Positions 49,631 through 58,472 of a stretch of DNA of 64,000 nucleotides are shown piece by piece. A program made the translations under genes and the position numbers. The stretch's first letter is position 1; each line of letters starts with the position of its first letter. Source of the DNA: a virus. Its lineage: Duplodnaviria > Caudoviricetes. The notes beneath the pieces are model-generated. The model saw only the letters and a program-made list of their open reading frames with translations. It searched no databases and had not been told where the DNA came from. The stretch is taken from positions 1 through 64,000 of the IMG/VR virus record IMGVR_UViG_3300010011_000004; one strand, given 5' to 3'.

Positions 49631-50219
49631 CTTGTTACATTTTACTCCACTTGATATAGCTTTAGAAGCTGGATTGATCTGCACTAATACAGAAAATAAA
49701 AAGGATAGATATAATCCGGTGGAATTTTTATTGAAACTAGTTTCTCAAGGACACGAGAGTGTTATTGAGCATATCAATTACAATTTTCGTATAAGCGGAG
49801 TATCTAGAGCATTATTGCAAGAATTAGCCAGGCATAGACATATTTCTTTAAGCGTACAATCGACTAGATGGGCTTTAAATAAAATAACTGACAACGAACG
49901 AATATTTTCAGTAAATGAAGAATCGACGGATGCTGATAAAAAACAACTATTAGAAAATCTTAAAAAAGTTTCAGACGCTTTAAATGAGCAAATAAAATAC
50001 GCAGCACAACAAGGTATACCAAATGATATTTTAAAATATTATGTGCAAGAATCATTATCGACTAAATTAATGCTTACTTTAAACGCTCGTGAATTACGCC
50101 ACATCTTTTCATTACGTACAAGCCAAAGAGCTTTAAAGGAATTTCAGTTATTATGTAGAGAATTATATAATCAATTACCAGATGATCATAAGCAATTATA
50201 TAAGGAGTTTTTTACTTAA
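49620..50219 (+). CDS. thyX: Flavin-dependent thymidylate synthase
   Basis: GHESVIEH, GVSRALLQELARHRHISLSVQSTRW, NARELRH, RTSQRALKEF. Confidence 0.95.
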   Translation: MEVSLLHFTPLDIALEAGLICTNTENKKDRYNPVEFLLKLVSQGHESVIEHINYNFRISGVSRALLQELARHRHISLSVQSTRWALNKITDNERIFSVNEESTDADKKQLLENLKKVSDALNEQIKYAAQQGIPNDILKYYVQESLSTKLMLTLNARELRHIFSLRTSQRALKEFQLLCRELYNQLPDDHKQLYKEFFT

Positions 50220-50241
50220 ATATTAAAAGGGAGTTGTACAG

Positions 50242-51075
50242 ATGGCTGCATTAGATGTAATCAACTTAATCAATGTTGTGCTTAGTAAATATTTACCAAT
50301 AACAGATGATAGATCTGTTAAATTCGGTGGTGTACCCTATCCAAAAAATGGTTGGGCTATATTTACATGCGGTGGACCTGGCTCAGGAAAATCATATACT
50401 ATAAATAAGCAATTGATGATCGATGCTAAAGTTCTCGACAGCGATCAAATAAAAATGTTATATATAAAATTGCTTAAAAAAATAATCAGCAGCCCAAAAG
50501 TAGATGAAGAAACTAAAAAGCAGTTACTCGAGCCATTCGGTGGAAAAATACCAGATCCTAAAAATCCTAATGATATGGATACTTTACATAAGTTTACTAG
50601 CTGGAAAAAACATTTATTCAGTAAATCTTTAAGCAGCTTTATAAAGAGTAGCGCTAAGAATTTACAAAATTTTATCATTGATACGACAGGCAATAACATT
50701 AATGAGATAGCATTAAATGCTACAATGTTTAAAAATATGGGCTATAAAGTTGCTCTCGTTTGGGTTATAACTAATATCGATTTAGCGAGAATTAGAAATA
50801 GAACTCGAGATAGGGTTGTACCAGAAGATTATCTTGAGAATATACATCATAAGATTATCAGTACTATACCAGCTGCTATAAGAAACGGCTTACTGAATGT
50901 TTTAGACGAGATATGGATAGTATTTAGTAAAGACAGCGAAGAAAGAGAATTCAGAAGTAGGTTTAAAGATACAGCGTTCAAATTAGAAAAAGTCAATGGT
51001 AAATTTATATTAACAGATGATATGCTTCAAAAAATAACACAGCATACTGGAGTGAAAGATAACAGCCATGAATAA
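50242..51075 (+). CDS. P-loop kinase (zeta-toxin / AAA_33-like)
   Basis: GGPGSGKS, DSD, IIDTTG, RNRTRDRVVPE. Confidence 0.8.
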   Translation: MAALDVINLINVVLSKYLPITDDRSVKFGGVPYPKNGWAIFTCGGPGSGKSYTINKQLMIDAKVLDSDQIKMLYIKLLKKIISSPKVDEETKKQLLEPFGGKIPDPKNPNDMDTLHKFTSWKKHLFSKSLSSFIKSSAKNLQNFIIDTTGNNINEIALNATMFKNMGYKVALVWVITNIDLARIRNRTRDRVVPEDYLENIHHKIISTIPAAIRNGLLNVLDEIWIVFSKDSEEREFRSRFKDTAFKLEKVNGKFILTDDMLQKITQHTGVKDNSHE

Positions 51076-52141
51076 ACCGATAGAAAGAAAATATAACATT
51101 TACAAAAAAGATAAAAGTAATAACACAAATAAAAACAACAACATTATAACTAAAGTGCCGAATAATCCAGTGATGCTGAGCAAAGAAGATATATTTAATA
51201 AAATAAAAAATCTAATTTTGTCGCAGAAAGCCAATGACAGTTATATAGCTGAAGTTATTAATAAGTTGAATAGTATGGGTATCAATAATTTTGTGGTAAA
51301 GACGGGTAAACAAATACACATTAAAACTGATGAGAATAGAGTTAAATTGTTGCAGCGTTTGGCCGAGAGTTTTGGAGGAAAGTATATCGATAAGCCAAGC
51401 GGCATATCATCAGCCGGGTATGTTGAATTAGATAACGGTATTAAGTTGGTGGCTAAACCTAACAAAACTCACAGTGCTGGAATACTAAACGAAAAAATAT
51501 TGGTCGACCATATAAATAAGTTATGCGCCAAAGGACCGATTAATATACGATTTATAGGCGAAAATAAAACTTTTGAATGTATAGGAGTTAAAAACTGTAA
51601 AGCGACCGGTACAGATGTTACTAATAGACGCAAAGCTGATCTAGTATTGCAAGGAATTAAAGATTATCCTATATCACTAAAGAAAGATAACGCTGAAATT
51701 TGGGAGTCGGCTGATCAGTTTGCCGGAGCAAAAGCTAAAAAAATAATAGACAAATTAGTCAAAGAAAATAAAGTTGAATTGGAACTGACTGATAAAGGTG
51801 TTTATAAGATAAAACCAAATGTAGCTTTTTATCCTACAACTGAAGAGAAAAGAGATTTGGTATTTGGTAGCGACATATTACCTAATGGTGCTGTCATTGA
51901 AAAGACATTTAGCGGCGATGAAATATATACTATGAATGATGATAGTTGGTTCGAAATACCAGTTACGTATATAATTACCAGCCTAAATGATGTTGAAGGT
52001 CATAGGGATGTCGTGTTTTTAATTCGTAATGATTCATCTAGAAATTCAAAACATATCGGATATCCAGGTTTAAGAGTATTAGCTGTTTTTGAAAAACGAC
52101 TGAATAAAAACGTTTTGATATATAAAGGCGATGTTGATTAA
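51068..52141 (+). CDS. Putative PD-(D/E)XK restriction-like endonuclease
   Basis: GILNE...KADLVL...PISLKK pattern. Confidence 0.5.
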   Translation: MNKPIERKYNIYKKDKSNNTNKNNNIITKVPNNPVMLSKEDIFNKIKNLILSQKANDSYIAEVINKLNSMGINNFVVKTGKQIHIKTDENRVKLLQRLAESFGGKYIDKPSGISSAGYVELDNGIKLVAKPNKTHSAGILNEKILVDHINKLCAKGPINIRFIGENKTFECIGVKNCKATGTDVTNRRKADLVLQGIKDYPISLKKDNAEIWESADQFAGAKAKKIIDKLVKENKVELELTDKGVYKIKPNVAFYPTTEEKRDLVFGSDILPNGAVIEKTFSGDEIYTMNDDSWFEIPVTYIITSLNDVEGHRDVVFLIRNDSSRNSKHIGYPGLRVLAVFEKRLNKNVLIYKGDVD

Positions 52142-52224
52142 AGATTTTTAAAAACATATAAGTTATATATAAATAGATTTAGTTCCGGCGGTCGTTTCCG
52201 GAAAATATAAAGGAGGTCAATGAT

Positions 52225-52749
52225 GTGGAATATAGCATAGATGTATACGACATGGTGTTCCCTAAGTACGCTAAATTGCAGTTTAAAATCAACAAAGCTG
52301 GCAATATGACTTTAACTGCAGCACCAGCCATTACACCTGGTAAATTACCAGATGGAGTAAAACCTGGGCAGATTCCTAAAGGAACTAAAATATTTGACTA
52401 TGATTCACAAATCGTTATATCTTTGACGTTTCAGGACTGTCTGAAAATAATAGATATGGCTAAGTCGAAAAATGTAACGACTTCAGTTGAACTCTTTCGT
52501 AATAGCGATAAATACAATAAAAAAGTAACTTTATCATATTTTCCTGACGATCAAGATCCTACGAAAGTTAAATTCGCTACTTTCTGGTTTAACTCAACTA
52601 ATGAAAGCGGAAAAGAAATTAATTTTAAGCTGCCACTGTCTATATCAAATTTAGAAGAAATAGCTGAGTTAATTAAATCTTACGTTAATTGTTTTGCGAT
52701 GATAAAATTGTTCTGTCAGCAACAACTACAGCAATCACAGGCAAAATAG
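52225..52749 (+). CDS. Putative Whirly-like ssDNA-binding protein
   Basis: FDYDSQIVISLTFQDCLKI, ELFR and KLPLSISNLEEI recall plant Whirly repeats; strong RBS AAGGAGG; TATAAATA at 52168-52175. Confidence 0.45.
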   Translation: MEYSIDVYDMVFPKYAKLQFKINKAGNMTLTAAPAITPGKLPDGVKPGQIPKGTKIFDYDSQIVISLTFQDCLKIIDMAKSKNVTTSVELFRNSDKYNKKVTLSYFPDDQDPTKVKFATFWFNSTNESGKEINFKLPLSISNLEEIAELIKSYVNCFAMIKLFCQQQLQQSQAK

Positions 52750-52887
52750 ATAAAGGATTAGGTATTAAAAGGAGGTGGTTATGAGGGATTGCCATATTAT
52801 AGTATACCAGCTCATAAAAAATTAAGAGGTAATTTTTACTAGAAAATGAATAAAATGGAGTTATATCTAATTAAAATAGATAAACTC

Positions 52888-52917
52888 AAAGGGGAGATAT
52901 AACTCCCCTTTATTTTT
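52888..52917 (+). terminator. Intrinsic terminator
   Basis: AAAGGGGAG-ATATAA-CTCCCCTTT then T-rich tail. Confidence 0.8.
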
Positions 52918-52953
52918 ATAATAAAAATAATAAATATATTGGAGGTTACAGTT

Positions 52954-53163
52954 ATGAAAAAACTGGTTGCTTTTATTATTATAGGTTCAGCATTGGTTAT
53001 AGCTGTACTTACATCGAATTTACCGATAATAGTTAGATTAGCTGGTTTAGCTGTCGTGGCTGGATTTGTATATGCTTTTATTAAACACGGGCCTGGAAAA
53101 AAAGTTGGTGAAGAAATTAAAGAGGAATTGGATGACCTTAAAGATAAATTTGATAAAAAATAG
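52954..53163 (+). CDS. Small two-TM membrane protein (holin-like candidate)
   Basis: Two hydrophobic segments followed by a highly charged C-terminus. Confidence 0.5.
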   Translation: MKKLVAFIIIGSALVIAVLTSNLPIIVRLAGLAVVAGFVYAFIKHGPGKKVGEEIKEELDDLKDKFDKK

Positions 53164-53192
53164 TGTACATATCAGCAACTATATGTTATAAT
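53164..53192 (+). promoter_or_regulatory. Promoter TGTACA-N17-TATAAT
   Basis: Drives the 53237-54236 two-gene unit. Confidence 0.75.
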
Positions 53193-53236
53193 ATAATTAT
53201 AAGAAAAGCTAATAATGAAATGAGGAGGAAATTGAT

Positions 53237-53878
53237 ATGGATGGATTAAAATATTTGGAGCTAATTCATTTTCCTAATTATGAAATAGATGAGCCGTATG
53301 TCGTATTTCAACAAGGTGAGGTCATGTGTACTCGACCATTGTTTGCCAACAAATACGGTTTAGCTCTGTATAATGCTAATTTAGATACCGTTAGAAGTAT
53401 TCTTAAGGAACGATATGACATATGGCGCAAAGGATATTTTGTTGAACTTGAAAATTTGTTAGATAATGCTGGAATTACATATGAAGTTGTCGATGATTCA
53501 TTCTTTGCTACTGAAGATGTTATATTAATCGATTTGTATAGGATCGAGCCGGATCAGGCTATTGTTAAGAGTCGCCGTTATGATGAATTAGATCGCTATG
53601 CCAATGTTAAATTGTGGATTAAATCCGATTGGAGTAATATCAAAACTTGGAAAACTGTTGCCGTCATAGCTGATAGTAAAGTTGAATTAGATAGATATAA
53701 TATAATCTATGAAGTATATTCTGTCAATAATTATCCACCTGAATTGGAACAAGAATATTTATTGGTCATGACCGATGATGGTAAAACTACAGCTAGATTT
53801 ATAAATAAAAATGAGAAAGAATATAGATCAAATATCGTAAAATATGGTTATAGCAGCGTTAGTAATCTAATTGTGTAA
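53237..53878 (+). CDS. Hypothetical protein (upstream of the ring nuclease)
   Basis: 213-aa acidic ORF with RBS GAGGAGG. Confidence 0.6.
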   Translation: MDGLKYLELIHFPNYEIDEPYVVFQQGEVMCTRPLFANKYGLALYNANLDTVRSILKERYDIWRKGYFVELENLLDNAGITYEVVDDSFFATEDVILIDLYRIEPDQAIVKSRRYDELDRYANVKLWIKSDWSNIKTWKTVAVIADSKVELDRYNIIYEVYSVNNYPPELEQEYLLVMTDDGKTTARFINKNEKEYRSNIVKYGYSSVSNLIV

Positions 53879-53894
53879 AGGAGGAGTTGGCGAA

Positions 53895-54236
53895 ATGGCA
53901 GATATAGATAAGATGGGATTAATTCTGAACGCATTTAGTATTAATATGCTGAACAATTTTCCTTGTGCTGTTTTAATTGAGGATATAACAGATTATATTC
54001 TTAAAGAAGATATTAAAGTTGTAATGAAGAAACTATTAGATTCTGGGTATAAGAGCTATGTCGGACACGCCGATCTGGCTAATTTAATTGGTGTACCATT
54101 TAATCGTGAAAGCGTGACAATGGAAAAAGGTGATATAGCTATCGTTGTCCAATATCGTGGTGAAAGACTTCCGGAAGGAGCTACTGAGCTACCAGAAAAT
54201 AGCGAACTTAGAATATATAAAGTGACTATAGAATAG
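53895..54236 (+). CDS. acrIII-1: DUF1874 / STIV B116-family protein = AcrIII-1-type cyclic oligoadenylate ring nuclease
   Basis: LNAFSINML, YVGHAD (catalytic His position), FNRESV, VVQ, RLPEG; ATG 53895 with RBS GGAGGAG. Confidence 0.85.
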   Translation: MADIDKMGLILNAFSINMLNNFPCAVLIEDITDYILKEDIKVVMKKLLDSGYKSYVGHADLANLIGVPFNRESVTMEKGDIAIVVQYRGERLPEGATELPENSELRIYKVTIE

Positions 54237-54250
54237 TTAACAAGCAATAA

Positions 54251-54285
54251 TAAAGGAGAGAAGATAGCTTCTCTCCTTTATTTTA
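54251..54285. terminator. Intrinsic terminator (bidirectional-looking)
   Basis: TAAAGGAGAGAAG-ATAG-CTTCTCTCCTTTA. Confidence 0.85.
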
Positions 54286-54650
54286 TATATTATTACAATT
54301 AGAGCGTTATAACTTCAATTTCTCCAGCTGCTGTATCTGCTACATACAGCTTACCGCTTTTATGGAACATACCTTTAGGAAATTTAACTTTGCCGGCTTC
54401 TTTTCCATAACTAACTATTACATTACTAGTAGTCCATGCGTTGTTAAATTTAACGATATTAGAAGTTATAATACTCCATTTAATAATATACTGAGCATAT
54501 ATTTTAACCTACCTTTTTTAAACATTAATATACAAAAAATATTCTATTATCACTTTTGAGTTACCATTTTTTGATAATGCAATAGCAGTCAATAGCGGTC
54601 AATCAATAACACACAGTATTAAATTTAATTTTACATAAATTGTAGTGATA

Positions 54651-54680
54651 AAAAAAGAGGGAGATTAATCTCCCTCTTTT
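54651..54680 (-). terminator. Terminator downstream of the major capsid gene
   Basis: AAAAAAGAGGGAGA-TTAA-TCTCCCTCTTTT. Confidence 0.85.
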
Positions 54681-54697
54681 CTTCTATCATCTAATGT

Positions 54698-55822
54698 TTA
54701 GATCGTGCCAGTTATATTCAGAACTCCGTAGTAGTCAGGACGTAGTACGCCTAACCAGTAACGGGTTCTAGCCATAACTGAAGGCATTCCTTCAGAGTAG
54801 TAAATCGGGTGCAGCTGCACAGGAACATAAGGTGCGTACACTGCTCCAGTATCTTCAGGCTTGCTTCCTTTGAATCCAAGCAGAATCTGGTTGTCAGGGC
54901 ACAGTGGCGAAGTGTATACTTTATAAACTCCGCTCAATGTTCCGATGTTGACTGTTCCGACATCCATTTGATCAGTCGGATTACCATTTCCGCTGAAATT
55001 CATCAAGCTCTGGAAGATAGTAGCTGTTACAGGGCTGCATACCAGGTAAGTCGCTCCGGATACATGCGTTGCCTGGTATATAGTATTGCTCAGTTTGTTG
55101 ATCTTCGGCATGATCGTCTCATACCATTGGTTGATACCGCGTGTCCAAGTCATAGGCATCGTAGCATCCCATGTATCAGATGTAGTAGCTTTGCTGAACA
55201 GCAAGTCGATGACTTCACTATCTATTTCTGTCGCGATGGTTGTCGTCAGATAATCGACCATTCTATCTTCAAAGTTTTCGCCGAATTCATTCTTATAGTC
55301 TTCCATAAGTTCGAAGCTGTAAGTAGCTCCAAGCTTACGGGTCTTAGCTTCGACAGCTACTTTGGTAATCTCAAATCTCATTGTGTTGTAGGTTTTACTA
55401 GTTCCAAACGGTATATTCTTCTCTATGTCTTTCTTATAGCTGAATCTTAGCTGCTTTTCAATAGGGCTACCGTTCAATTCTGTGACTGTGACAACGAAGT
55501 CTAAAGTTTTAGGATTTACAACACCGACGACTCTATAAGCACTAGTCAAAGAATTGACTACGCCATTCCTATCAACTTCGGCGATCTTAGTAAATGCCGT
55601 ACCATTGGCTATTTCTATAAACAGAGTACCTTCAGAAGGTACGTTTGATAGAGTTCCAGTGAAGCTAGTAGCTGTATTTCCACTAGCATTTGCTGCAGAG
55701 AGGATATCCTCTTCTACTGCGCTTTGAGGAGATGAATAAGCATTATCTCCTTCTTTCCAAGGATATATATTCTTAGTAGTTCCATTTATACCTTCAACAT
55801 AAGCATCCAGAAATCTGATCCA
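54698..55822 (-). CDS. gp23: Major capsid protein (gp23-like), exon 2
   Basis: VEAKTRKL, TTIATEID.EVI, LGFKGS...GAVYAPYVP, MARTRY. Confidence 0.93.
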   Translation of the reverse strand, partial: WIRFLDAYVEGINGTTKNIYPWKEGDNAYSSPQSAVEEDILSAANASGNTATSFTGTLSNVPSEGTLFIEIANGTAFTKIAEVDRNGVVNSLTSAYRVVGVVNPKTLDFVVTVTELNGSPIEKQLRFSYKKDIEKNIPFGTSKTYNTMRFEITKVAVEAKTRKLGATYSFELMEDYKNEFGENFEDRMVDYLTTTIATEIDSEVIDLLFSKATTSDTWDATMPMTWTRGINQWYETIMPKINKLSNTIYQATHVSGATYLVCSPVTATIFQSLMNFSGNGNPTDQMDVGTVNIGTLSGVYKVYTSPLCPDNQILLGFKGSKPEDTGAVYAPYVPVQLHPIYYSEGMPSVMARTRYWLGVLRPDYYGVLNITGTI

Positions 55823-56104
55823 CACTTTATTCTATAGCTTTCGCTATAGAGTGGACTATATCTTCAGGTACTTTAAGTACCTGTCGGGCGCTCTAGGAAG
55901 TTTTATTGCCTGCGCTGGCTCAACTTCTAGTCTCTGAACCTTCTCCATACTTATTGCGCTTTCAGGAGCTTGGCTGCTGGTTATCCATTGTTGCATCTCT
56001 CAATTTTTTAAACCATCAAGCCTGCCGTTTCCGGCTACTTTGTGGTATTGAGAGCTTTAGGAACTTCCAGCAATTCACCCGATTTTATGCGAGCTAGATT
56101 AATA
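55823..56104 (-). mobile_element. Group I self-splicing intron (282 nt, IA-like, no ORF)
   Basis: On the minus strand: P GAATTGCTGGAA, Q AACCAGCAGCC, R GTTCAGAGACTAG, S AAGATATAGTCC. P1 has U-G at GGU|, P10 AUCUA/UGGAU, P3 UCGGGUG/CGCCCGA, P8 and a GAAA-loop P9 are present, terminal G. Removal restores the frame (GPAG|WIRFLDAY). Confidence 0.93.
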
Positions 56105-56371
56105 ACCCGCAGGACCAGTTAATGGTTGTACAGAAAGAATTTGGTTAGCAATTAGACGAGGGAAAAGACGTCTGACCAATGGTATTACTATCTTAGGCAG
56201 ATAGACCATACTTTGCATTGTAGTATCAGCCAAAAGCGAGTTTCTGGTGTTAGCGAGAATTACCTTCATATTTTTATACAGTTGTTTATCGTTAACTCCT
56301 GCAAGCAGTTGGCGTTCGACTTTAGGCCACACTCTTTCAGAAAGAAGAGCTGTATAATCTCTTTTATCCAT
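56105..56371 (-). CDS. gp23: Major capsid protein (gp23-like), exon 1
   Basis: IPLVRRLFPRLIANQILSVQPLTGPAG; ATG 56371 with RBS AAGGAG; spliced product ~463 aa. Confidence 0.92.
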
Positions 56372-56417
56372 TGTTTGTGTCACTCCTTGTTTATTATTAA
56401 AAGTTTAGATTATTTTT

Positions 56418-57500
56418 TTAATCTTCTTTAATACCTGCTATACGTAGGATTTCAGCACTCATTTCGTCAATTCCATCATATCGTCTGTCAGAAAGCAATG
56501 ACGTATTACTGTTCTTTCCTGTCCTATTCAATACATTTCTTGGCTTGAGTTTAATATCGTCATCATTTTCATCAATGTTAATTTTATTTTTGTATATATT
56601 TGCTAATATAGCTTTTTGTATTTTACCAATTTGCCTGGTTGCTTCTGCTATGACTTTTGGATTATCGGCATTGACTATAGTTGATATGATTGCGGCGTAT
56701 CTTTTGATAGCTTCTTTAGCCACATGTGGTGGTATATTTTTAGATTCAATTTTTTTATTTAGATCTTTAACGGCTTCAGACAACAAGGCATTAGCTTTCT
56801 TCAACTCAGATTCCATTTTCTTAGCCAACAAGTATTTAACACTTTGCTGCTGCAGATTCATCTTTTTGCTGGCTATAATAGAATCTTTTTCTTTAATCGT
56901 ATCAACTAATTCTTTTACAGTATTTCTAGTTAAGTTCTCGCGAATCATTCCTAGCGCTAACTGTTTAGCCATTAGTCCATGCTCGAATATTTCTTCAATT
57001 TTGTTTTTATATTTTTTTCTTAATGAACTCAATGACGCCTGAAATATTTCACTAGATTCATCTTCCGAAGAATCAGATTCATCTTCAGAAGAATCAAATT
57101 CATCCTCATCTTCAGATCCAAGTACTAATTCATTAAAAAATTCTTCTATAAGTCCCAAGACATTCGTAAGTTCAATTGAATCTAATACTTCAGATTTTTC
57201 TTTACCATCTTTAGACATCTTAACATTATATTTATCATCATCTGTCTTTTCTATTTCAATATCAACTCCAAGAAAATTAAACTTTGGATTTTCATCTACA
57301 GCCTTTTCTACCTCTTCCTCGATTTTGTCTTGTACGTCCTTCTCATCTTTCCCATCATTTTCGTTATTATTTTTATCGATTTCATCAGAATATATCAGAT
57401 CATCGTCATCATACTTTTCATTTTCTTTTATTATTTTTTCGAAAGCTTCATCCACAGCTTTCTGCACAAGGCTTTTATCGATATTCATAAATCTTCCCAC
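56418..57500 (-). CDS. Prohead scaffold protein (gp22-like)
   Basis: Acidic N-half, coiled coil, ends ILRIAGIK; directly upstream of the capsid gene. Confidence 0.75.
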   Translation of the reverse strand: MGRFMNIDKSLVQKAVDEAFEKIIKENEKYDDDDLIYSDEIDKNNNENDGKDEKDVQDKIEEEVEKAVDENPKFNFLGVDIEIEKTDDDKYNVKMSKDGKEKSEVLDSIELTNVLGLIEEFFNELVLGSEDEDEFDSSEDESDSSEDESSEIFQASLSSLRKKYKNKIEEIFEHGLMAKQLALGMIRENLTRNTVKELVDTIKEKDSIIASKKMNLQQQSVKYLLAKKMESELKKANALLSEAVKDLNKKIESKNIPPHVAKEAIKRYAAIISTIVNADNPKVIAEATRQIGKIQKAILANIYKNKINIDENDDDIKLKPRNVLNRTGKNSNTSLLSDRRYDGIDEMSAEILRIAGIKED

Positions 57501-57514
57501 CTTTATTTAATATC

Positions 57515-57760
57515 TTAATCTTTTAATGCCTCATTTATTAAATTCAGATTATTTTTCAATTCAGAGTTATTTTTATTTGTTTCTTCTATCATTTTATTAA
57601 GAATGTTCATTTTACGATCTAGATCAGCTATTTCCATATCTTTGCTAGCTATCATGGTCGCGTATTTCATTTCAACGTCATTAAATTCTCTTTCAATATC
57701 TTTTTTATCAATTAAACTTAATGATTTCTTCATAAATTCATTTAAATTCATGTTATACAC
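57515..57760 (-). CDS. Small coiled-coil head-module protein
   Basis: 81-aa ORF between protease and scaffold. Confidence 0.55.
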   Translation of the reverse strand: MYNMNLNEFMKKSLSLIDKKDIEREFNDVEMKYATMIASKDMEIADLDRKMNILNKMIEETNKNNSELKNNLNLINEALKD

Positions 57761-57772
57761 TCCTGAATTAAT

Positions 57773-58450
57773 TTAATTTTTAGTAGCTTTATAAATCTTT
57801 TTTACTGCAGCTATAATAGCTTCTGATAATAAATTTTTAAACTCTTCTTCGCTCATGATAATTTTTTTGTTTTTATAGTTATAATCTAGTTTATAAACAG
57901 AAGCCATTATCGATTTAACATACGCATCAGAATAAGCCGGATTATGTACGGCGTCATAAGTTATAAGAGTAAATTCATTAATTTTATTTATTTCATCCAT
58001 TCCATAACTGATATCTTGATCAGTAATAGCTCTTATAGAAACACCGGTTTTTATTCTGTCTTTTAATAGCGATGCCAATATTAAACCATTAGGAGTATCT
58101 AATGTTTCAAATTTACCGACGACATAATTTCCATCCATTTCTAATTCAGTAATAAGATGTGATACATTTTTAAGCGAGATAGTAGCTATTCTATTGACAT
58201 CTTTAATGTTATCTGGATGGTCCAATTCTCCAAGAAGATGCCTGTTTTTTATACTTTCTTTAGCTTCGTTGATAGCCGCTGCTAACACCCTTTTTGGAAA
58301 GATGTGGCCGTTAGCATTAGTATCGTCGCACTTTTGAAACACAGCTTCTGCTGTTACTTTATTGCAATTTTTAATATCAGAAGCTTCAATTATTTTATAC
58401 TCTAACAAAGGATTAACGACTGATCTTATGAGATATTTATTTTTATACAT
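57773..58450 (-). CDS. gp21: Prohead protease (gp21-like)
   Basis: NANGHIFP, LGELDHP, VSHLI, LDTPNG, GVSIRA, YDAVHNPA. Confidence 0.93.
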   Translation of the reverse strand: MYKNKYLIRSVVNPLLEYKIIEASDIKNCNKVTAEAVFQKCDDTNANGHIFPKRVLAAAINEAKESIKNRHLLGELDHPDNIKDVNRIATISLKNVSHLITELEMDGNYVVGKFETLDTPNGLILASLLKDRIKTGVSIRAITDQDISYGMDEINKINEFTLITYDAVHNPAYSDAYVKSIMASVYKLDYNYKNKKIIMSEEEFKNLLSEAIIAAVKKIYKATKN

Positions 58451-58472
58451 AACGATTCACCTGCTCTAGATT

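Noticed and set aside
52775-52901. Two tiny ORFs (14 and 18 aa), the first with a strong AGGAGG
   Set aside because: Too short to support without ribosome profiling or conservation data.
54296-54530. Minus-strand reading frame (~65 codons) downstream of the capsid terminator
   Set aside because: No in-frame start codon or RBS; may be a remnant but no function is supportable.
54809-55450. 213-aa plus-strand ORF, and other long antisense ORFs (58477-59214, 29030-29728, 25836-26294, 1755-2192)
   Set aside because: Antisense shadows of well-supported genes; no RBS and Ser/Phe/Ile-biased composition.
55906-56097. 63-aa ORF on the strand opposite the intron, considered as an intron-encoded protein
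   Set aside because: Wrong strand, overlaps the catalytic core, no nuclease motif.
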